Positions 57,943 through 64,000 of a DNA stretch of 64,000 bases are shown here, one piece after another. Source of the DNA: Vicinamibacteria bacterium (GTDB taxonomy: Bacteria; Acidobacteriota; Vicinamibacteria; Marinacidobacterales; Marinacidobacteraceae). Under the pieces are notes generated by a model. The model saw only the letters and a program-made list of their open reading frames with translations. It was not told where the DNA came from and ran no database searches. Location: contig OZ219816.1 in the NCBI GenBank assembly GCA_964291235.2, positions 352,001 through 416,000 of the forward strand, read 5' to 3'. Both the position numbers and the translations under genes were made by a program. Each line of letters opens with the position of its first letter. Position 1 is the stretch's first letter.

Positions 57943-60792
57943 TTAGGAGGCCCGGCGGGCTGCCGGCGCCGGGGCCAGGATTTCGCGCAGGTACCGACCG
58001 GTCCAGGACTCGGCGTTCCGGGCCACGGCTTCCGGAGTCCCGCAGACGACGAGCTCGCCGCCGCGCCCTCCGCCGTCGGGCCCCAGGTCCACGAGGTAGT
58101 CGGCGGTCTTGATGACGTCCAGGTTGTGTTCGATCACCACCACCGTGTTGCCGGCGTCCACCAGGCGGTCGAGCACCCGCAGGAGACGGGCGATGTCGTC
58201 GAAGTGCAGGCCGGTGGTCGGCTCGTCGAGGATGTAGAGGGTGTCGCCGGTGGACCGCTTCGCCAGTTCGCGAGAAAGCTTGACCCGCTGCGCCTCGCCT
58301 CCGGAGAGCGTCGGCGAGGGCTGTCCCAACCGGATGTAGCCGAGCCCCACGTCCTGGAGCGTCTCGAGAATGTGGAGGATGCCGGGTTGGGAGCGGAATA
58401 CCGTGACAGCCTCGCTCACGGTGAGATCGAGGACGTCGGCGATGGACCGGCCCTGGTACCGAACCGTGAGCGTCTGGTCGTTGAACCGCCGTCCGCTGCA
58501 GACCTGGCAGGTCACGAAGACATCGGCCAGGAAGTGCATCTCCACCCGGATCACCCCGTCCCCCTGGCAGTGCTCGCAGCGTCCGCCGGGCACGTTGAAC
58601 GAGAAACGCCCGGGCCGATAGCCCTGGGCGCGGGCTGCCGGCAGGGCGGCGAACAGCGAACGAATGCCGTCGAACACTTTCGTGTAGGTCGCCGGGTTGG
58701 AACGCGGAGTGCGGCCGATGGGGGACTGGTCGATGTCCACCACCCGGCCGACGCGTTCGATCCCCTCGATGTGCGAGTGCCGGCCCACGGGGCGCTCCGA
58801 GCGGTGGAGCGCGCGGGCGAGCGCCCGGTAGAGAACCTCGTACACGAGGGTGCTCTTCCCGGCGCCCGAGACACCGGTGACGCAGGTGAACGTCCCGAGC
58901 GGCACCGAAACGTCCACCTTCTTCAGGTTGTTCGCGCGCGCCCCCACGATGCGGATCGAATGGCGGGCGCTCCGGCGGCGCGCCGGGATCGTGATGTCGA
59001 GGTCTCCCCGGAGATAGCGTCCGGTGAGCGACTTCGGTTCGTTCTGGATCTGAGCCGGAGTTCCTTCCGCCACCACCTCTCCGCCATAGACGCCGGCGCC
59101 CGGGCCGAAGTCCAGCACGTAGTCCGCCGACTCGATGGTTTCCCGGTCGTGTTCGACGACCACCACGGTGTTGCCGATGTCGCGCAGCCGGTGCAGCGCT
59201 TCGAGCAGCTTCCCGTTGTCGCGCGGGTGGAGCCCGATGGAGGGCTCGTCCAGAATGTAGATGACCCCGGTGAGTTCGGAACCGATCTGGCTGGCCAGCC
59301 GGATGCGCTGAGACTCACCGCCGGACAGGCTCGGCGCCAGGCGCGCGAGCGACAGGTACCCGAGGCCCACGTCGGCGAGGAAGCGGAGCCGGTTCCGGAT
59401 CTCCTTCAGGAGCTCCGCCCCGATCACGCGCGCGGTGCCCTCGAGTTCGAGGTTCGCCATGAAGTCGAGCGCGTCCTCGATCGCCATCGAGGAGATGTCG
59501 GCGATGGTTCGGTCGGCCACGGTGACCGCGAGCGCCTCCGGCCGCAATCGGCTGCCCCCGCAGGCGCGACAGGAGCGGCTCGAGAAGAAGCGTGCGTAGT
59601 AGCGGCGCGCCCGATCGGAAGAGGTTTCCCGCATGCGGCGGGTGAGCAGGTTGAGGAGGCCTTCCCAGTGGACCGCCCGGGAACTCCGCTGGTACTTGAC
59701 GGGAATCCGCTCGCGGCCGGCGCCCCACAGGATGATCTTGCGCTTGCCGGCGGCGAGGCGCGCCCACGGGCGGTCGAGGTCCACCTCGAAGCGTTTCGCG
59801 ACGCCCCGGATCACCGTCGCCTCCCAGCCGTCGCGGTCCGCGAACCGGCCCCAAAACGCCACCGCGCCGTCATTGATGCTGAGACGGGTATCGGGAACCA
59901 CGAGGTCCTCGTCCACCTCGCTCCGGGCGCCGAGGCCGTTGCACTCCTTGCACATCCCCTGGGGACTGTTGAAGGAAAAAAGCTGCGGGGCGATCTCGGG
60001 GAACCCGATGCCGCAGCTCGGGCAGCCGTTCTTCTCCGAGAAGATCCGGTCGGTTGCCTCGCCTTCGACCGCGGCGATCACGATGCCGTCACCCTCGCGG
60101 AGCGCGGTCTCGACCGAATCGGTGACCCGTCCGCGCCATTCTTCACCGGCCGAGTCCTTCCGGGTCAACCGGTCCACCACGATCTGCACGTTGTGCTTCT
60201 TCCGCTTTTCGAGGGCGGTGACCTCCTCGACGAGCCGAACCTCCCCGTCGATCCGGGCCCGGGAGAAACCGCGCCGGAGGATGCTCTCCAGCGTGGAACG
60301 GAACTCGCCCCGACGGTTTTCCAGGACCGGCGCGAGGAGCAGAAAGCGTGAACCGGGAGGCAACTGCGCCAGTTCCTCCACGATTTCCTGCGCGGCCTGC
60401 GGACTGACCCCGCGCCCGCAGCGCGGGCAATGCGCCTGCCCGATGCGGGCGAAGAGCACCCGGAGGTAGTCGGAGATCTCGGTGATGGTTCCGACCGTGG
60501 AGCGCGGGTTGTGGCTTGCCGATTTCTGATCGACCGAGATGGTCGGAGAGAGCCCCTGGATCGTGTCGTAAAGGGGCTTGTCCATCTGCCCCAGGAACTG
60601 GCGGGCGTAGCTGGACAGCGATTCGACGTAGCGGCGCTGGCCTTCGGCGTAGAGGGTGTCGAGCGCCAACGACGACTTTCCCGACCCCGAAACCCCGCTC
60701 AGGACAACGAGGCGCTTCTTCGGAATGCGAACGGTAATGTTCTTGAGATTGTGTTGCCGGGCGCCCCGCACCACGATGGTGTCGGGCTCCAT
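57943..60792 (-). CDS. uvrA: Excinuclease ABC subunit A
   Basis: Two ABC modules (GVSGSGKSS, LSGGE, GVSGAGKST), Zn fingers, GARQHNLKN. Confidence 0.98.
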   Translation of the reverse strand: MEPDTIVVRGARQHNLKNITVRIPKKRLVVLSGVSGSGKSSLALDTLYAEGQRRYVESLSSYARQFLGQMDKPLYDTIQGLSPTISVDQKSASHNPRSTVGTITEISDYLRVLFARIGQAHCPRCGRGVSPQAAQEIVEELAQLPPGSRFLLLAPVLENRRGEFRSTLESILRRGFSRARIDGEVRLVEEVTALEKRKKHNVQIVVDRLTRKDSAGEEWRGRVTDSVETALREGDGIVIAAVEGEATDRIFSEKNGCPSCGIGFPEIAPQLFSFNSPQGMCKECNGLGARSEVDEDLVVPDTRLSINDGAVAFWGRFADRDGWEATVIRGVAKRFEVDLDRPWARLAAGKRKIILWGAGRERIPVKYQRSSRAVHWEGLLNLLTRRMRETSSDRARRYYARFFSSRSCRACGGSRLRPEALAVTVADRTIADISSMAIEDALDFMANLELEGTARVIGAELLKEIRNRLRFLADVGLGYLSLARLAPSLSGGESQRIRLASQIGSELTGVIYILDEPSIGLHPRDNGKLLEALHRLRDIGNTVVVVEHDRETIESADYVLDFGPGAGVYGGEVVAEGTPAQIQNEPKSLTGRYLRGDLDITIPARRRSARHSIRIVGARANNLKKVDVSVPLGTFTCVTGVSGAGKSTLVYEVLYRALARALHRSERPVGRHSHIEGIERVGRVVDIDQSPIGRTPRSNPATYTKVFDGIRSLFAALPAARAQGYRPGRFSFNVPGGRCEHCQGDGVIRVEMHFLADVFVTCQVCSGRRFNDQTLTVRYQGRSIADVLDLTVSEAVTVFRSQPGILHILETLQDVGLGYIRLGQPSPTLSGGEAQRVKLSRELAKRSTGDTLYILDEPTTGLHFDDIARLLRVLDRLVDAGNTVVVIEHNLDVIKTADYLVDLGPDGGGRGGELVVCGTPEAVARNAESWTGRYLREILAPAPAARRAS

Positions 60793-60964
60793 GGACTTTC
60801 CGGGAGTCTAAAGGCTGGGAGCGCTGCTCTTCACGGCCGGCGAGGGCCGCGAAACGGCCGGGACGCGCACCGATCCGGCGGCCCGCCTCCGGAGGCGGCC
60901 GGCGGCCACCGACGCCATAAAATCTTCGCTTCCTCTCCCCTCGCAAAGGTCCGTCACCCCGCCC

Positions 60965-61897
60965 ATGAACAACTCCTCCGCCATCGGCTATGACCAGCCG
61001 CTCTTCATCCAGCCCTTCGATCACCGGGGCAGCTTCACGAAGGCCTTCTTCGGCTTCCGCGGCGCCCCGGAAATCTCGCCCGGCGGCGACGGATTCGCGC
61101 CGGTGGCGGCGGCGAAGAGCCTGATCTACCGCGGCCTCCTGCAGGCGATCGAGGGCGGCCTCGCGAAGGAGCAGGTCGGCATCCTGGTGGATGCCCAGTT
61201 CGGCAGCCAGATCCTTGCGGATGCCGGGGCGCGCGGCATCCCGCGGGCCGTCTGCATCGAAAAGAGCGGCCAGCCGGTCTTCGACTTCGAGTACGGCGCC
61301 GGCTGGGTGAACCACATCCGGTTTCACAACCCGGACATCGTGAAGGTGCTGGTGCGCCTCCATCCCGACGACCCCGCTCCCGACACCGCGCAGCAACTCA
61401 CCCGCCTGAAGCTGGCGTCCGAATACCTGCACGGCCCGGAACGCAGGCTCTTCATGTTCGAGCTGCTGGTGCCGGCCACCACCCCCGAGGACAAGGAGGC
61501 CGGCTCGGCCTACGACCGCGATCTGCGGCCCGGGCACATGGTGCGGGCCATCCACCTGATCCAGGACTTCGGCATCGAACCCGACATCTGGAAGATCGAA
61601 GGAGTGGACCGCCGGGAAGACGCGGCGCGGGTCGCGGCGGCCGTCCGGCGCGGGGCGGGCCGGGAGCGCGTCGGCTCCATCGTGCTGGGACGCGGTTCCG
61701 ACGCGGCGCAGGTCCACGAGTGGCTCCGGGTCGCCGCTCCGGTGGACGGTTTCATCGGGTTCGCGGTGGGGCGCACGAACTTCCGCGAACCGCTCGCCGC
61801 CCACCTGAACGGCGAACTCGGCGAAGCGGACGCCATCGCGCAGATCGCCGCCAACTACCGCTCCTGCGTGGACACCTGGCGCGCCGCCCGCGGCTAG
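60965..61897 (+). CDS. DUF2090-type aldolase-like TIM-barrel protein (IolC C-terminal-like)
   Basis: PFDHRGSF, GILVDAQFG, VKVLVR, FMFELL, PDIWKIEG, VLGRG, GFAVGRT. Confidence 0.8.
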   Translation: MNNSSAIGYDQPLFIQPFDHRGSFTKAFFGFRGAPEISPGGDGFAPVAAAKSLIYRGLLQAIEGGLAKEQVGILVDAQFGSQILADAGARGIPRAVCIEKSGQPVFDFEYGAGWVNHIRFHNPDIVKVLVRLHPDDPAPDTAQQLTRLKLASEYLHGPERRLFMFELLVPATTPEDKEAGSAYDRDLRPGHMVRAIHLIQDFGIEPDIWKIEGVDRREDAARVAAAVRRGAGRERVGSIVLGRGSDAAQVHEWLRVAAPVDGFIGFAVGRTNFREPLAAHLNGELGEADAIAQIAANYRSCVDTWRAARG

Positions 61898-62076
61898 CAG
61901 CCTGTGGTGGAACTCACGCGGCATTCGACGCCCGCTGAATCCCCGCTGAACCTCTCGCCTTCGGCTCGATCATCGTTGCGCTTCGGTCGAAATACGCTCG
62001 GTATTCCTCCCTCGCGCGCCTTGTCAGCGAGGCCCAGCGTGTGTCTCGGTGCTCACGCGAGTTCCACCACAGGCTG
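61898..62076 (+). mobile_element. 179-bp MITE, copy 2
   Basis: Perfect 18-bp TIR CAGCCTGTGGTGGAACTC/GAGTTCCACCACAGGCTG, flanked by CTAG and CTAA. Confidence 0.85.
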
Positions 62077-62308
62077 CTAACGGTTACCGAACCGCGGCGA
62101 CGGCCCGGACTTCCGGGTTGAGACGGCTGCCCGGACTTCGGTAGGCTGCGGGGGCTGCCCCGCGGGGACGGCGGGCCTCGGGAGGCTTCGGCCTCCGGCA
62201 TCCGTGCGCACATGACGCACCCTGCCCCTTAATTGAGGAGCCGAGCCACCAAACAAGTGGCCAATGCCGCCCGTCGTCCCCTCGGGGGCTGCGCTACGGA
62301 CGCGAACG

Positions 62309-63778
62309 TCAGCGCTTCGCGGCGGATCGAGCCGCCTCGACCAACCCGGACACGCGGTCCACGGTCTCCTCGAGCGTGAGGTCGCTGGTGTCCAGCACGC
62401 GGGCGTCCTTCGCCCGGCGGAGCGGAGCGACGGCCCGGCCGGAATCCGTGTGATCCCGGTCGCGGAGTTCGGACTGGACCGTGCCCACGTCGCGGTCGCC
62501 CTCGTCCGACGAGCGGCGCCGCGCCCGGACCTCCGGGCGGGCATCCAGGAACACCTTGACCGGCGCGTCGGGGAAAACCACCGTGCCGATGTCCCGGCCC
62601 TCGACGACGCCCCCGGCCGCCGCAAACTGGCGCCAGCGTTCCACCAACACCTCGCGCAGCTCGGGGTGGACGGCCACCCGGGAGGCGCCCGCCGAGACCT
62701 CCGGAGCGCGAACCGCCTGGGACACGTCTTCGCCGTCGAGGAAGACGCGGCCTTCCGGATCCAGGATGACGCGGTAGGCGAGGATGCGCAGCGCGGGGCC
62801 GTCATCGAGATCCATTTCCTGCCGCATCGCCGCGAGCGCCACCGCGCGCACCGAGGCGCCGGTATTGAAGTAGGCAAGCCCGAAGCGCTCGGCGACGGAC
62901 CGGGCCGCGGATGTCTTCCCCGAACCCGCCGGGCCGTCGATCGCGACGACGAAGGCCGCCGGGCCGGTCGGAGCCGGGGGAGCCGACGGTTCCGGGCCCG
63001 ACGACTTGCGGGACGTCGCGGCTTCTCCTGAACACCGCTGGATCAACTCCCGGAGTTCCTCCACCTCGGCCGCGCCCAGTTTCCGCCAGTTCCCCGGGGC
63101 GAGCCCGGTGTCCGCCAGGCAGCCGATCCGGGTGCGGTGCAACTCGAGGACCGGATGGCCCAGGACGCTGAGCACCCGCCGGATCTCCCGGTTCCGTCCC
63201 CCCCGGAGGGTCACCCGGAGGCGCGCCCGGCGCTTGGCCGGGGCGCGGTGCGGGAAACGGGCGATGACCTCGACCTGGTCGAGCCGGAGCCCCTCGCCAT
63301 CGACCCGGATTCCGCGCTGCGCCCGGTCGAGCACATCCTCTTCGGGAAGTCCGCGAACGGTCGCGTAGTAGGTCTTCGGGAGCCGGTAGCGGGGATGGGT
63401 GACGCGCTGCGCCAGATCCCCGTCGTCGGTGAGCAGCACGAGTCCCGAGCTGTTGCCGTCCAGCCGTCCGACCGGAACCAGCGACCGGAAGGAATGCGGG
63501 AGGAGATCCATCACCGTGGGCCGCCGGCCCGGGTCCGAGCGGGTGGTGAGATGGCCGATGGGCTTGTTGAGAACCAGGTAACGCCGGGGCCTGCCCAGCT
63601 TGCGAAGGCGCGCGCCGTCCACCCGGATGTCCTGAAGCGCCGGGTCGGCGCGCACCCCGGGAACCCGCACGACCTCCCCGTCCACCGTGACCCGCCCCTC
63701 GGCGATCATCGCCTCCGCGCTGCGGCGGGAAGCGATCCCGGCGGCCGCGATCAGCTTCTGGAGCCGCTCGGCGGTCAT
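62309..63778 (-). CDS. rluB-cmk: Fused rRNA pseudouridine synthase (RluB-like) and cytidylate kinase
   Basis: S4 domain ERLQKLIA..SRR, VGRLD, GRNREIRR, then a Pro/Ser linker, then AIDGPAGSGKT, EGRDIGTVVFPDA, RDHTDSGR. Confidence 0.9.
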   Translation of the reverse strand: MTAERLQKLIAAAGIASRRSAEAMIAEGRVTVDGEVVRVPGVRADPALQDIRVDGARLRKLGRPRRYLVLNKPIGHLTTRSDPGRRPTVMDLLPHSFRSLVPVGRLDGNSSGLVLLTDDGDLAQRVTHPRYRLPKTYYATVRGLPEEDVLDRAQRGIRVDGEGLRLDQVEVIARFPHRAPAKRRARLRVTLRGGRNREIRRVLSVLGHPVLELHRTRIGCLADTGLAPGNWRKLGAAEVEELRELIQRCSGEAATSRKSSGPEPSAPPAPTGPAAFVVAIDGPAGSGKTSAARSVAERFGLAYFNTGASVRAVALAAMRQEMDLDDGPALRILAYRVILDPEGRVFLDGEDVSQAVRAPEVSAGASRVAVHPELREVLVERWRQFAAAGGVVEGRDIGTVVFPDAPVKVFLDARPEVRARRRSSDEGDRDVGTVQSELRDRDHTDSGRAVAPLRRAKDARVLDTSDLTLEETVDRVSGLVEAARSAAKR

Positions 63779-64000
63779 TCGGAGCCGTCCCCGCTCCCGG
63801 GTCCGCCGGCGGGGGCGGTCTCGGGCTCTGTCTCGGGTTCCGCGGCCGGAGCCGGGACGGCAGCCGCCAGCGCCTGCTCGAACTCCTTGAGCTTCGGCAG
63901 GTCCTCCAGCCGATCGAGTTCAAAACGTTCCAGGAAGTCCTTCGTGGTCCCGTAAAGGAGCGGGCGGCCGACCACCTGCTTGCGGCCCCGGGAGCGGATC
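63775..64000 (-). CDS. scpB: SMC-Scp complex subunit ScpB (3' part only)
   Basis: GRKQVVGRPLLYGTTKDFLERFELDRLEDLP. Confidence 0.92.
   Translation of the reverse strand, partial: IRSRGRKQVVGRPLLYGTTKDFLERFELDRLEDLPKLKEFEQALAAAVPAPAAEPETEPETAPAGGPGSGDGSE

Noticed and set aside
60793-60964. LexA box upstream of uvrA
   Set aside because: No recognisable CTGT-N8-ACAG, GAAC-N4-GTTC or GTTC-N7-GTTC motif.
62100-62145. RNase P RNA, suggested by GAAGTCCGGGC on the minus strand
   Set aside because: It lacks the full GAGGAAAGTCC and the 3' ACAGAA..CGGCTTA elements, and the space is too short.

Overview
High-GC (about 70% by eye) bacterial chromosome segment, probably Acidobacteriota. This is inferred from an ADOP-type duplicated permease, futalosine-pathway mqnD and several Acidobacteria-like secreted proteins. 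The backbone is housekeeping and envelope genes: coaX, mqnD, udk, gatB, fadD-like, accD-folC-proS-plsB, trmB, uvrA, scpB with an rluB-cmk fusion, peptidases, amidohydrolases, transporters and vapBC. Two lower-GC accessory blocks interrupt it. (1) About 15.0-19.2 kb: one ~1250-codon SIR2-domain (defence-sirtuin-like) gene that the ORF track shows only as fragments, because of a local cluster of single-base indels that also hits lysE and accD. An integrase-like RFHDLR remnant lies just upstream. (2) About 24.9-29.8 kb: a decayed integrative element with an MtlR/HEPN-like gene, an HU fragment, Zn-ribbon ORFs, a DUF4760-like gene and a degenerate GIY-YIG-like ORF. It is bracketed by inverted REP-like hairpins and has a tRNA-Ala-like 5' fragment at its right edge. 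Two non-coding repeat families are present: ~87-bp REP-like arrays with compensatory base changes, and a 179-bp MITE that starts right after stop codons. The best candidates for undescribed biology are a tandem pair of secreted OB-fold proteins that each end in exactly seven arginines, a divergent lipoprotein pair sharing a His/Glu/Cys domain with Gly/Glu(/His)-rich linkers, and the hidden SIR2 gene. No CRISPR array, rRNA or intact tRNA was seen. All family calls come from motif recognition by eye, not database searches.
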